Source: Macrostomum lignano
Taxonomy: Eukaryota
DNA length: 64,000 nt
Assembly (NCBI GenBank): GCA_002269645.1
Contig: NIVC01002974.1
Location: 64,127-128,126 of the forward strand
Direction: 5' to 3'
Part shown: in pieces, positions 36,625 through 50,243 of the stretch
Position numbering within the stretch: the stretch's first letter is position 1
How the letters are laid out: each line of letters opens with the position of its first letter
The notes under the pieces: generated by a model
What the model was told of the DNA's origin: nothing
Database searches by the model: none
Seen by the model: only the letters and a program-made list of their open reading frames with translations
Program-made: the position numbers and the translations under genes

Positions 36625-37348
36625 CAGCAGAAAGACCATGGGGGGCTGTATTTCAAATACACACATTTTCCTTTGTCTGGATCTCCAAAAATATTCAACC
36701 AATTGCCATGAAAATTTTCCGCTCTATTCGATGGAGCAACTTCGAAAATCAGGAAAAATCGGCATCGTCGAGATATTCAACGATTATCCTCGGGGTGCCT
36801 TGTGGCAAAAATCACCAACATTGGCAAAAAATTTTCCACGTCGGCTCTACAAACTAGTCGTGAGGCCTTTGTTCTCAGCATCTAAGGCACCAGGGTCCCC
36901 TTCAGCACCGTCTGGAGCATCGGCGGCGACCGTCGGCACCTTCAACAAAAGCACCCGTCGGTATCTCAGAGACGGCTGCGTTCCCAAAACTGAAGTGGAA
37001 GAATCCTCTTCTGCATGCAGCATTCAGTCAGTAGACACAATCGGTGAATAAAATGGACGATGGTGACCCTCTAGGCTGACCTGTAGACATAAAGGCGACC
37101 TTCGGGACCTTCAACGGAGTGCCACCACGCGGCCACCCCGAGGAGAATCGTTGAATATCTCGACGATGTTGACGTAGGATGACTTTGAAAGTCAGTTCGT
37201 CGGAAAGGGCGGAAAATTTTGATCCATACGGTGGACTTTTAAGAAAATCGGTAATTCGGTTTGCGAGAAATCGTGAAATGGGTTGTGTGCATTTGCAATA
37301 TACCCCCGTGGTCTTCCCCATGGGAAAAATAGCCTGGTCTTTCTATTG
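36625..37348. mobile_element. Non-autonomous DNA element with long imperfect TIRs and a TTAA target duplication
   Basis: TTAA|CAGCAGAAAGACCA ... TGGTCTTTCTATTG|TTAA. Inverted similarity extends about 170-200 bp inward (36763-36800 vs 37131-37170). The paralogous site behind WSC-B/D (caaTTAAcagaacaaaagc) is empty. Confidence 0.8.
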
Positions 37349-37577
37349 TTAACGGAACAAAAGCAGAAACCGAATGTCTTGCACACAGAAGCGCATTCGC
37401 AAAGACTATCAAGGAAAGCAAATTGAAGCGTTGTGATAAAAATACAACGTTGTTAAATTTCGGGACAAAAAATGAAGCAAAAAAAGTTGAAATTATGTGA
37501 CATGATCTACCTCTAAATTGCGGTTCGTAAAGTTCGTCTGCTCTGCACAGTCGCAGCAGCACCTGTCGCATTCGCAC

Positions 37578-38356
37578 TCAGCGGCGGACAAAGAAGTCGC
37601 CGCTGCTGGCGCTGCTGAGCGCGGCCGGGACCGCAGCAAACTCCAGCAGGTGGCACAGGCGCTGCTGCTGGCTGAAGATCACCGCCTGGCAACCGGAGCG
37701 GCACCGGTACAAGCACTCGGGCAGCCCGGCACACTGCAGTGTTCTGAAGGCGGGCGCATCCGGGACGCTCAGCTCAACGAAGGTCCGGTTACCGGGAACG
37801 AACACGTTCCGGTCTGCAGTTTAAAATGAGCGCCAGTTGCATTAATACCAAGCCTTTCTACATAGAAAGCAATTTGTACTTTTAACCTACTCATGCAAGC
37901 GTCTTCCGAACTGCCCGTGTAGCTCAGCCGGAGCACCCGGTTTCGGTAGTCGCCTCCGCAGTTCTGGCCCGAGTTTCCACTGCAAGCGAGATTGCATTCC
38001 GAGTCAGAAGCAGCGCCCAGCGACCCGTAGGACTTGCCGCAGTAGCACCAGAATGCCGACTGCAGAGCCGCGAACTGGAAGCCGCCCAGAGCGCAGACGC
38101 TGCTGCACAGCTCGTGAGTCATTATCGAGTAGCTGCCGACAAAAGCGCCACTGGCATCGTTTATCGGAGATACCTCGGAGCTTCCGATCCGTATGAGGCC
38201 AATGTGCTTCATGTCATTGACGTCTCTCACGCCATTCGCGTCGTCAACGAAGCAGCCGAGGTCCGAGATCTGGAACTGGCGGCAGAGAGCGGCGCAGATC
38301 AGGCAGCTCAGGATCGGCATGCCGGTCCTGTACAGAGCCGGCATGGTAGGCTGCAT
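37578..38356 (-). CDS. Secreted WSC + PAN/apple domain protein (diverged copy C), 2 exons
   Basis: Exon 1 38356-37891 (signal peptide, WSC, ...SEDACM). GT-AG intron 37890-37814. Exon 2 37813-37578 (RNVFVPGNR...CLYRCRSGCQAVIFSQQQRLCHLL). The splice keeps the frame. Confidence 0.85.
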
Positions 38357-38989
38357 TTCAGAGAGATTGGCGGAGTTCGGACTCAGAGTAGAGAGAGAGA
38401 GAGAGCGGATTCGCAGCGAGAGGCCTTATCACAGCTGTGTGAAGCGCATTATATTTGCTAACACAGAGACAATGGGCCTTCAATACAGAACCCGTGACGG
38501 GTTTGCACAGTTGCATGATTCCCGATTGGAATCCGTTGGCTGCCGCCATTGCGTCAAAGCCAACAGGCCCCCGTCTGTTTGTGTAAATGCAAATTACACA
38601 TCACGCCGCAGAAGTGAAGAGCGGCTCACCGTCTTGACCACCTGGAGGACGCGGCATTCACTTGCACGAAGTGCAAATAATTTAAATCTGCCAATAATAA
38701 GTTATTAATGTCAAATTCATTGCACGGCCGTCCCCAGACAGGGAGCAAGGAAATACAAGCCAGTTACTCTAAGGCAGACTTCACTTCGCAACTTAAGAAA
38801 TCCTTCTCTACTCGGAAAGTTGTACAATTGTCCTCTTTAGAACAACTCATAAATTGAAACTTCTCGACTATTCTAAATGCAATTAATTGAAAATTCACTC
38901 CACATTCCCGAAAACCCTGCTATGTAGATAAGTAATTTCCAGAATTTACATACCTCAAAATGAAAACCTTTAACGCAAACTTTCACTGT

Positions 38990-39950
38990 TAACACCAGTT
39001 TGAGTTGGTATAGAGGGCGATCTGACCGCCGTCCTTGTTGAACACTGCCACGGCAATGTCGTCCATGTACATGTACATGTAGCAGCCAATGTTGCTGTAG
39101 CCCCGTCTTTGCAACATGCGCTTGATGGGCTGGCTGACACAGTGAAAAGCTTCCACGGAGATAGCGGCGCCGAAGGGGAGCCGCGTATCGCAGAGGAACA
39201 CCAGGTTTCTGCGTGTGATGCTCTGCTGGCAACTCTAGTGCTTGATGAATAACGAAGCTCGTATCTTGCTTTGCTTGTTTATTTGGCTTTAGGACCACAT
39301 TAATGCTAGCGGGGCTTGTAACAAGATTATGAAACTAGGACACTTATATACGTATTAGGAAGGGATGAGGGAGGCGGCATTTGGGCGCAGCGGCCATAGA
39401 CTATTGCACGAGCGTATGTCACTGCGGTCACTGAATGTCCGCACTGATTCTGACGCTCCGGTAGTTGTTGGCGAGGTCGACTTTGATCATAAACCCATGA
39501 GTAGGATCTTGGAGTTAAACTGATTGACGGGCTCAAATTTAATTTAATAGTCGAACGAGAAGCGGCCATCCACTCAGACGCCAGTAGGGTTGCAGCAGAC
39601 AAGGATTAGGCGGATTTTGTTGATCCCCTTAGGGATGGCGTCAAAGGAACTGATAACATCCAGGTTGTCGCTGACTTGTACGTAGAGGCCCTTCAGCAAC
39701 TGCTGCCGCACCTGATACTCAACCAGCTTTACGTTAGGTGTTCGCTGAGGAATAGTTATGAAATTCCGACGTTGCTGCAGCTGTGTCCAGCATATCAGGT
39801 TGCGGAGTCGGAAGTCGTAGCGGATGCTATTCAGCAGTCAGTTAATCTTTCTAAGTGGCTTTAGCGAGGTCAGTAGAAAAGGCGATGTACTCGAGGGGCA
39901 TTGAAAAGGGCCAGTTCGAGAGTGGTGGGAGTTTGACTTTATCGTCAGCC
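38990..39950 (-). mobile_element. Degenerate DIRS/Ngaro-like reverse transcriptase relic
   Basis: LLNSIRYDF...QQLLKGLY...VISSFDAIPKGINKIRLILVCCNPTG, then DTRLPFGAAIS...VSQPIKRMLQRRG...YMDD. Multiple stops and frameshifts. Confidence 0.7.
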
Positions 39951-40982
39951 AGCCGAGCTGCGCTGCGAGTTGAAAGCCTCAGTCAGCAACAATTTAGTTT
40001 TTGACGAGCAGATCTGGCGCTGGTGGGCTCGTAGCAGAAGGAGCAGACATGTCGGAACTTGCAGCCGCGCCAAATGCAGCCGATGTGGCTGAAGCTCCCG
40101 CTCTTCCGTATCGATTGGGCCGACGAAGCTGGATGGCTGCTTTGGCCTGCTGGGCTTTGGGTTGGTCCGCTGCAGGTTCTCGTTGCTGATTAAGTCGAAC
40201 TTTATGATGCGTATTCTGTGTTAATATATATATTCTATTCGGACATTTTTGCTATTTTGTTTGTGGGCTGGGCCTGTCAAGCTAGATGCTAAAGGGCTAC
40301 AGCAAAAGAAAAAGGAAATAAAAAGGAAATACCTTGGCCGCTCGAATACGCGGGATTAAAATCGTCTGTGATAATCTCATCATAAAAGTTTATACGTCAA
40401 AGGACTTTAGTATTATACTAGGATGTGCTTGCTTGGACACGCTCACAGGGATTTCTTTGTCCAGAGTGGCGATTTCTGGAATCGTGCCGCTTTTATTCTC
40501 ATTGCCTTGTGGAATGTAAATAAAAATCAATCCTATTCTAGCGATTGAAACCAACAGCTTCATGGCAATTTAGAATTCTCCATTGTGATAGATTTTGCTT
40601 TCAAAAATCAGATAGTGTATAAACTCTCTAATGGTAATCTGGCTCACAGCATCGCATTGTTCCCTGCTTCTTCACGGTAAATCCATTAGAGACTTACGTA
40701 AAACAAAAGCCACATCTGAGCTCAACACTCAGCAGGCTGCACTCAAGTACATTTCTTAACATAGTAAGAAGTGCTGCTTGGATTGCTGCGAGCTGTGGAG
40801 ACTTCGAGTTTTGACAGCGTCGCTCTGTCAGCGCCTTAGTGTCCTTGGTTAGTGAGTCACAGTTGAAACCCGTGCTCAGAGCAGCGTCTTGGAGCAGTCG
40901 GTCTCCTGGACTTCCGCCACTTGGTTTAAACTAAGAAAAAACAAAATCATTGGCTATGCTTTGAGAGAAGAGAAGAGAAGAG

Positions 40983-41688
<706 letters not shown>

Positions 41689-44600
41689 CTCCATTTCATG
41701 ACTCACTGTCGAGTACTTCTGTTACCTTCATCGCCATGTTGCATGCGGCACCCCAGTCTCAGTTTCTTTGTCCTCGCTGTCTCAATCGTTTTACAGAATT
41801 TTGCTTCTAATAACTAAATGTGTAAATAACTAAATAAATGTGAAGCTACCCATACTGTAGTTCCCAGTGGGACAACTAAGTGGGGCGTACAGTGGGCGGT
41901 GTGCGCCCTCGCGACCGCCTGTGAGGGCAGTCAGTAAATATTTTTATTTTCACTTTACAATGAAGTATGATATGATTTTTCAATGAGAAATTGTGATTTT
42001 GTAATCGTAATACTTTATTTCGCCTCAATAAGTACGATTTTTTAAATCCTAATCGAAGCTGACCGGTGATCGCCCGGCGGCCTATGAGGCGGCAACCTAA
42101 GTTTGGCATGTTTCATGTTCAAGGCAGCTTTATTTAATAGCACTGCCCTTTCAGCTTAGCGTTAGAACCGTTTTTCACAATAATAGGTGGCTACTCTTTA
42201 CAATAACGTTAGGGCTATATTTGCTGTTGCCTAGTGCCAGCATTGTGAAATTATTTTTCCGGAAAGATGTGTAGAGTTTCATAATATTTAAATGCGCATC
42301 AGACTACTTTTAGTAGCGTAGAGCTGAAGCCCCCCCCCTCGAGAACAACTTTTTGTTTGCAGTCGAAAGAAGATTAAAAGCATCAAATAGACGATAAATA
42401 TTAAATATTTGCGCTTTTAGAAAGCGGGCTTGTCCTTGCTATCTATTTTAAATTGCTGCTAAACCTGCTGATCGAACATGCCGGCTTAAAATGCCCCTTA
42501 GCAGTAGAATTAAGGGCTCCTCACTGGGTGAAACTACAAGCAGTGTCTGCAATGCTTGACTTCATGCTGTTGGCCAGAAATCCATAATCAATGATCTGAA
42601 AAATGCTGCAGCAGCTGTTACAGCTTTGAGTAGTGCCCACTGAAATCGCAGATTTTTTATTCCAGGATGCCGTTGCGCAGCTTGGATATTTCTCTGCAGG
42701 CAAAACTAACTATTGATTGTTTAGATATTTTGTTTTGGTGAAAACACGCTGTTTTAACAGCTGGAATTTAAACCCACAGAATTTGGACCCTGTATCTCTT
42801 TTGCTTCTTTGATTTAAAATCTAACAAAAATATTTAAATAGCTAGTGCAACAGAAGTTAGGAAAAACCAAACAAGGTCTACCAGTTCGATTCCGTCGGTT
42901 TATTTCAGCAGGATTCTACTGTCTCTTTTTCTCTCCATCTGTCCTCTCCACCCTATTGCCCACAGTCCCTTCTATCTGTCTACTCTCCCTCTCTCCCTTT
43001 GTTCACACTGATCTCCCTCCCCCCCTTCGATCTGTCTATACTCTCACTCTGTTATCCCTGTCTTCTCTTCCGCTGTACCCTTTTTTCATCCTCCCTCTCT
43101 TGCATCTGCCCTGCATCCCTTTCACCTGTCCTCTCTGCTGCTCTATCTGTCTTCTTGTGTACTGCTTTTTCATCTCTCCTCTCTCCCTGTTTTCTATAGC
43201 TTTCTCTGTTTCCCTGTTTTCTCTAACTGCTCTACTGCTCCACAAGCGAAAGAATAGATAAAAATCAGGCAAACTTCACATGCTCATAGTTTCTGTCCTG
43301 TCCTGATTGAGTTATGAAGCTGAGACTCCATGTTAGGACAGAAAACATATCAAGGCGCAATCGACTCAAGTTTGAAATAAATATATTTATTTGGGGCAAA
43401 GTTACGGCAGTCTAAATTAGCCAGGGGAGTAAGAGCCAGGTAATCCGACCTATTGGCTCGCTGTGCTGCGCTGCGAGAAGCAAAGCTGACTTAAAGCTTT
43501 AACCCAGAGGCTGGCAAACTTTTTTCCTCAAGGGCCAGATGAAAAATCCAGCGCAAGCTCATGAAACATGAGAGACAGCGAGAGATGAGATAAGAAAGAA
43601 GACAAGAGGAGAAAAGAGGGAAGAGACGAGAGAAGGAAGAGAAAAAGGAAGTAGGTAGAGAGGATAGAGGGTAGAGAGGATACAGGGTAGAGAGAATACA
43701 GGGTAGAGAGGATAGAGGGTAGAGAGGATAGAGGGTATAGAGGATGGTAGAGAGGACAGAGGAACTTCACATTGCCGAGCACGCTCTTCCATAAGGTTCG
43801 GCGTAGTGAAAGATGCTGCTAAAATGTTTTTTGGCAATGTGAAGTTTTGGCCTAGTGAAAGAGAGTGCTTTTCAGGAAAGTGAAATTTTTGCCTAATGAA
43901 AGCGCCCCGTGAATTTGTTGCGGTTGTAAACTTTTATTGAGTTTGTAATATTTGTACGTTTGTAACTCGCGCTAAAAATATCAACTCTTTCGTTTCAGAC
44001 GACACACAAATCTCGAAGTATAGATAGTTACAAGCAGATACAGTTGTTCATTGTAGTAAATGAACAGGACAAGTATGCAAAACAGATTAAGCGTTGTTGT
44101 TGAAAGGCTAAACTTTGTAATTAAAACGTAAAAAAATATAGTTACTGTAACATTCACATGGGTATTAACGGCTTAATAAGCCTTAAAAGAGTTAGTAACC
44201 AGTTAATGAAACAGCGCTTGCAAAGCTTGCAGGAGTAGAATTACCTGGTAGTTTAGTGATTGATGATTAGCGATTATGTTAAAATATCAACTCTCAGTGT
44301 CAGAAAAACAATAGGAGGAAGTCCGCAAATGACTAAAAACTTTCATTGCAATGAACTGAGGAATTATATTGATACAAAAAGTACTTCAAATAATAAGTTC
44401 GCAATTCTGTCTTGACTAAATAAATTTCACCAGTACGAACCACTAAATTAAATTGAATCAAAAAGTGCATTGAAAGGTGAGTACTCGTAAGTGTCGGGCT
44501 TCAAAAAAGAAACGTAAAATCCTGTGTCTTTGCAAAAAACTGAAAGTGTGCAGAATTCGGCGGCCAGCCGCTTGTATCCGAGTAGCAGGACAGTTGAGTC

Positions 44601-45078
44601 TTCAAAAGATTACAAAGCTGCTGTTTGAGAGGGAACCAAAGGCAATAAATAACTATAACACGCCAATCAATTTCTCTGGTTTTGAATCCTGACAAAAAGT
44701 ATCCGATTGCACGCAAAACTACTCTTTTCTAATCAACAATTAACAGAACAAAAGCAGAAATCGAATGCCTAACACACAGAAGTGCATTCGCAAAGATTAT
44801 AAAGGAAAGTACATTAAAACATTTTGGTAAAAGTAAAAAAGGTTTAGCATTTTCGGATGAGAAGCAAAAATAGGTTCGCGTTCAATTTCGGCCAGTTGAT
44901 TTCAGACGCAGACGTCTACAGCTGTTAGTACTTTGAGTACTTTTGAGTACTTTAAAGTCTTTGAGTAGGCTTAGGTATGCTTGCTAGTTGACACTGTTTG
45001 TTTTGATTTGCCTCTAAATTTCGGTTCTTACAGCTCGTCTGCTCTGCTCAGCTGCACCAGCACCTGCTTCATTCGCAC

Positions 45079-45904
45079 TCAGCCACGGACAAAGAAGTCG
45101 CCGCTGCTTTCGCTGCTGAAGGCGGCCGGGACCGCAGCATACTCCAGCAGGTGGCACAGGCGCTGCTGCTGGCTGAAGATCACCGCCTGGCAACCGGAGC
45201 CTTTACTGGAGCACAGAGACACGCACTGGATCCGACTCGGGGCGCTCACAGTCGTAAAGTTCAGCGCATCAGGGATGTTGAGTTCGACGAAATTCCGGTT
45301 GCCGCGAACAAAGAAGTCGTTACCTTCGATTTGCAATGAAATAATTTGAAGTTGAGGTGAGTTGAGCCACTGAAAGGCATCTGATTGTCTGCTTAAAAGT
45401 TTGTTTGTCTGGCGCCAAAATCCAATGCAGCAACATACGAAGAACAAAAATTAAACAAGTGGCCACCAGCAGCAGCAACTCACCGTTCGTGTAGCTCAGC
45501 CGGAGCACCCGGTTTCGCCACATACCTCCGCAGTTCTGGCCCCAGTTTCCACTGCAGGTATCGCTGCACTCCCAGTAAGGAGCAGCGCCCTGCGACCCGT
45601 AGGAGTTGCCGCAGTGGCACCAGTACGCGGCCTGCAGAGCCGCGAACTGGAAGCCGCCCAGAGCGCAGGCGCTGCTGCACACCTCGCGAGTCATCTGACC
45701 GCAGTTGATAGAATCGTATATCTGAGATACCTCGGAGCTGCCGATCCGTGTGAGGCCGATGTTCTTCATGCCACCGACGTCTCTCACGCCATTCGTGCCG
45801 TCAACGAAGCAGCCGAGGTCCGAGATCTGGAACTCCCGGCAGAGAGCGGCGCAGATCAGGCAGCTCAGGATCGGAGCAGCGCAGAGGATCCGGCAGAGAG
45901 GCAT
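45079..45904 (-). CDS. Secreted WSC + PAN/apple domain protein (copy D)
   Basis: Nearly identical to copy B (offset 19281); small exon 2 differences such as IKC>IQC and KSSG>KGSG. Confidence 0.8.
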
Positions 45905-47959
45905 GGCCAGGCTGGGTTTGTCAGTTTGGCAGAAGATTGCCGAATCTCTGTGCGAGAGAGAGGCTAAATAACAGCAGCCTTATTGATGCGTTGCCATGGA
46001 GACTCTCAGCAGGCAGCGGCTTGCATATCGGTAAACAGAGCTCTGTCAGATGATGCATTAGTCGGATTGAAATCCATCAGCTCCATACATTAACTCTGTG
46101 ATTATTCAGAATCAGTGAGCTGTGAGATCATTCGGAGCCTCAAATTGCTTTTTCACTGCAACATCAAGCTTGCAGCAGCTGCTCACAGATGCATGAGCTT
46201 TAGTCGAGATCTATTATCGGTTGCGCAGGTGTTGTCGAAGCCACAAGGCCCACCGTCAGTTTGCATCAATAAATGAATTTAATTCTACTGCAGCGCTCAG
46301 TTCGTGAGTTAGAGATGATAGAGCAGAGTGGCGATGCATGAATAGGACAGACTGAAGCTCTGAAGATTTTAAAATTTTTCGGAAGAAATAAATGAGAAAA
46401 TTTTTTTTTATCAGCTAAAAAGCTTGGGACTCAGTTAGTCAAATGTAAGCAGCATTCGCCCACTGCGCAATGGTGTTGCTTAACGGAATGTAGAACAAAG
46501 CAATTTTTTTTAATGAAACGTCCCGAAGAGTCAGGTGCATGCAACACTGGGAGTCGAGGGATGCCCAGTTGCACGAAGGAAACACAGGCTTACTGATCAA
46601 TTTTGTTCAATAAAATATTCCAAACCCTGCTGTGCCGCATCAAAAGGCCCAGAGGCATCAAATACGCTTGTTACCGCCTGAGCGGAGAGCGGAGCCCGAG
46701 AGTGATCCTGGCGGCTCATCAGGCTGATGACAATTCTTCTCCAGCGTGTGTAACATGACTTGAAGTTTTCTGTGATTTTTTAACCGAAATAAATTGAGGA
46801 CTTTTTACAGGGCTTCCAGCTCTGCATCTTCCGGACCGAGTTTTGCTGCCCACCAGCAGAGCAGAGCAGGAGCTGCTGCAGCCACCGGGCGTGTCAGGCT
46901 CTCACACCACGAGCCCTGCTTCCATTCCGTGCGCGGTCACATAAAGTAGGGGCTCCTGCAAGAAAAGCTCACTGACAGTTGTCGTGCGATCCACAGCCAT
47001 GAAGGCCAAAGGAAGGAAAGGAAATGAAGGAAAAGCACTGAGGTAGAGGTATTTAAGATTTTTCAAGTCGCTGTAAGAAAAGCAACTAAAAGAATAGTGC
47101 AAAAATTCAAGAGATTTAAGAAATCGCAAGTTTTAATTGTCGAAAACATTATTTTGGTGGTGCATAGACTTGAGCCGCAATGGTCTTGGTGCTGCTGTTA
47201 TGGGATAGCGGGGGCAACATAACATGCTGTGCTAGTGTTGCAGAGAATTTAATTTTTCAAATTTAAGGACAGACAGTTCCTCTGGAGGCAATCCCGATTG
47301 TTGGCAATGGTGTCATTCCACCATGCACTGTCAGTTGCGCTCTCTGCAAACTTGTCTTTGCTACGATACTACGATACTAGTCACCCTTACGCCATTGGCG
47401 TCCAACGACGCAACTCGCCCAATTGTTGTCGTGCGATTCGCCGAGTGTACAAGCCTGACGATCAGAAAGTCAGGGCCGCAGTACATCCTGTGTGTGCTTG
47501 CGTACAGCATTGGTGTGACCAAGGAGTCCGCGAAATGGGCAGGATTGACTCAAGAGAGCCTGAGGCATCGATCCAAGTCAACTGCTGGCAAACTGAATAA
47601 AACGAAGCGAATGCATTCACAAGTTTTCATCATTCATTGACTAAAGAGCTACAAAATTCACATATTGATATTCGCCTGCACCAGCTGATAGGCATTGTGT
47701 ATAATTTATTGTGCATAATTTAAGCTGACTGGATGCTCAGGCTTAAGTGGAAGCATGCAGGACATCGATTTGTAAACAGCGTGTAGAATAAGAGATTATT
47801 AAGCAAAATTAAATCAGCAATTCAGAATTCGCTGCGCTATGGTTAATATGGATGATTGGAATTGCACATTAGAGCTCGAACACTGCGATTCATAAGGCAA
47901 TCAATGGTGACAGACAACAGGTAATCGCTTGTCTTTGCAAAGCTGGCTGTGTTTCTGTT

Positions 47960-49070
47960 TGTGTCTGCCTGTCCCAGGGTCTGTCTGTCCCAGTGTCTGC
48001 CTGTCCCAGTGTCTGCCTGTCCCAGTGTCTGCCTGTCCCAGTGTTTGCCTGTCCCAGTGTCTGCCTTTCCCTACCTGTCCCAGTGTCTGTCTGTCCCAGT
48101 GTCTGCCAGTCCCAGTGTCTGCCTGTCCCAGTGTCTGCCAGTCCCAGTGTCTGCCTGTCCCAGTCTCTGCCTGTCCCTGCCTGTCCCAGTGTCTGCCTGT
48201 CCCAGGGTCTGTCTGTCCCAGTGTCTGCCTGTCCCAGTCTCTGCCTGTCCCTGCCTGTCCCAGTGTCTGCCTGTCCCAGGGTCTGTCTGTCCCAGTGTCT
48301 GCCTGTCCCTGCCTGTCCCAGTATCTGTCTGTCCCAGTGTCTGCCAGTCCCAGTGTCTGCCAGTCCCAGTGTCTGCCAGTCCCAGTGTCTGCCAGTCCCA
48401 GTGTCTGCCTGTCCCAGTGTCTGCCAGTCCCAGTGTCTGCCTGTCCCAGTCTCTGCCTGGCCCTGCCTGTCCCTGCCTGTCCCAGTGTCTGCCTGTCCCA
48501 GGGTCTGTCTGTCCCAGTGTCTGCCTGTCCCTGCCTGTCCAAGTGTCTGTCTGTCCTAGTGTCTGTCTGTCTTAGTGTCTGCCTGTCCCAGTCTCTGCCT
48601 GTCCTAGTGTCTGCCTGTCCCAGGGTCTGTCTGTCCCAGTGTCTGCCTGTCCCAGTGTCTGCCTGTCCCAGTCTCTGCCAGTCCCAATGTCTGCCAGTCC
48701 CAGTGTCTGCCTGTCCCAGTGTCTTTCTGTCCCAGTGTCTGCCTGTCCCAGTGTCTGCCTGTCCCTGCCTGTCCCAGTGTCTGCCTGTCCCTGCCTGTCC
48801 CAGTGTCTGCCTGTCCCAGTGTCTGCCTGTCCCAGTGTCTGCCTGTCCCAGTGTCTGTCTGTCCCAGTGTCTGCCTGTCCCAGTGTCTGCCTGTCCCTGC
48901 CTGTCCCAGTGTCTGCCTGTCCCTGCCTGTCCCATTGTTTGCCTGTCCCAGTGTCTGTCTGTCCCAGTGTCTGCCTGTCCCAGTGTCTGCCTGTCCCAGT
49001 GTCTGCCTGTCCCAGTGTCTGCCTGTCCCAGTGTCTGCCTGTCCCTGCCTGTCCCAGTGTCTGCCTGTCT
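47960..49070. repeat. GTCT/GTCC-based minisatellite (paralog of 29410-30480)
   Basis: Direct observation. Confidence 0.97.
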
Positions 49071-49465
49071 GTCTTTCGGTCTGTCAGTCAGTGAGGCGGT
49101 TTATCCATATCTTATGTTTTCACTCTTAAAATCTCTTCTCGTCTCAATGAAGATAAAGGTTAGGAGTTGTAAATCAGGTGAACAATTAAGGTCATATAAC
49201 CATTCGAAATCAGCAATAAGAATCGCACACCATAAAAAATGATTAGAAAATTTCAGCAGAAAATGGTTGAACCTAAGAATAAAGCAGAATTCCGCATACC
49301 AGTTGGCCTGAAGATTCGCATTTATCATGCCAGTGAATCGTGATGAACTGCATGCAATTCTATTAGTACTCATAGAGCTAGCAGAAACGCGATGATACCT
49401 GCAGTGATTTGCCTAATTCAGCTAAATATTGCAGTTGTCAGAAAGTTTCTGTTTCAATCATCTCG

Positions 49466-50211
49466 TCACTTCTGCTCGTCCCCCAGCCACCGCCTGAAGG
49501 CAGCCACCTGCTGGCGAACGGACTCCAGGGCGGTGCCGCCGAAGGCGCCGTACTGCTCAACGCTCGTCTCAAAGTCCCACAGCTGGGTGACGTCTTCGCC
49601 GAATTTCTCGCTGCGGGATGATTGGGGACAGTCAGTCAGTCAGTCAGTCAGTCAGTCAGTCAGTCAGTCAGTCAGTCAGTCAGTCAGTCAGTCAGTCAGT
49701 CAGTCAGTCAGTCAGTCAGTCAGTCAGTCAGTCAGTCAGTCAGTCAGTCAGTCAGTCAGTCAGTCAGTCAGTCAGTCAGTCAGTCAGTCAGTCAGTCAGT
49801 CAGTCAGTCAGTCAGTCAGCTGCTCACCTGACAGTCCGGAAGTCCTCAAAGGTCAGCTGGTGCAGCTGACACGCCTTGGCTTCGGCCAGCGCCACGCAAC
49901 GCCCGGAGGCGGCGTGGGCCTCCCTGAACGGCACCCCGCGGCGCACCAAATAGTAGGCCAGGTCGGTGGCCAACATGTCGCAGCTGAGGGCGCCGGCGCA
50001 GGCCTCTGGGTGCACCGTCAGGGTGGCCACCACGCCGTCGGCGATTCGAACCACGGCTGACACGGTGTCAGCTGAGTCGAACAAGCCCTCCTTGTCCTCC
50101 TGCAGGTCCTTGTTGAAGGCGCTGGGCAAGGACTTCTGCACCATGAGCAGGGACACCAGGTGGCCGCACAGCCGTCCGGTTTTGCCGCGGATGAGCTCCA
50201 GACTGTCCGCG

Positions 50212-50243
<32 letters not shown>

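Noticed and set aside
43505-43545. hAT/Charlie-like left end (CAGAGGCTGGCAAACTTTTTT...AAGGGCCAGAT)
   Set aside because: No matching right TIR or 8-bp TSD was found in the window.
42845-43837. Hydrophobic ORFs suggesting membrane proteins
   Set aside because: They derive from CT/GA-rich low-complexity sequence.
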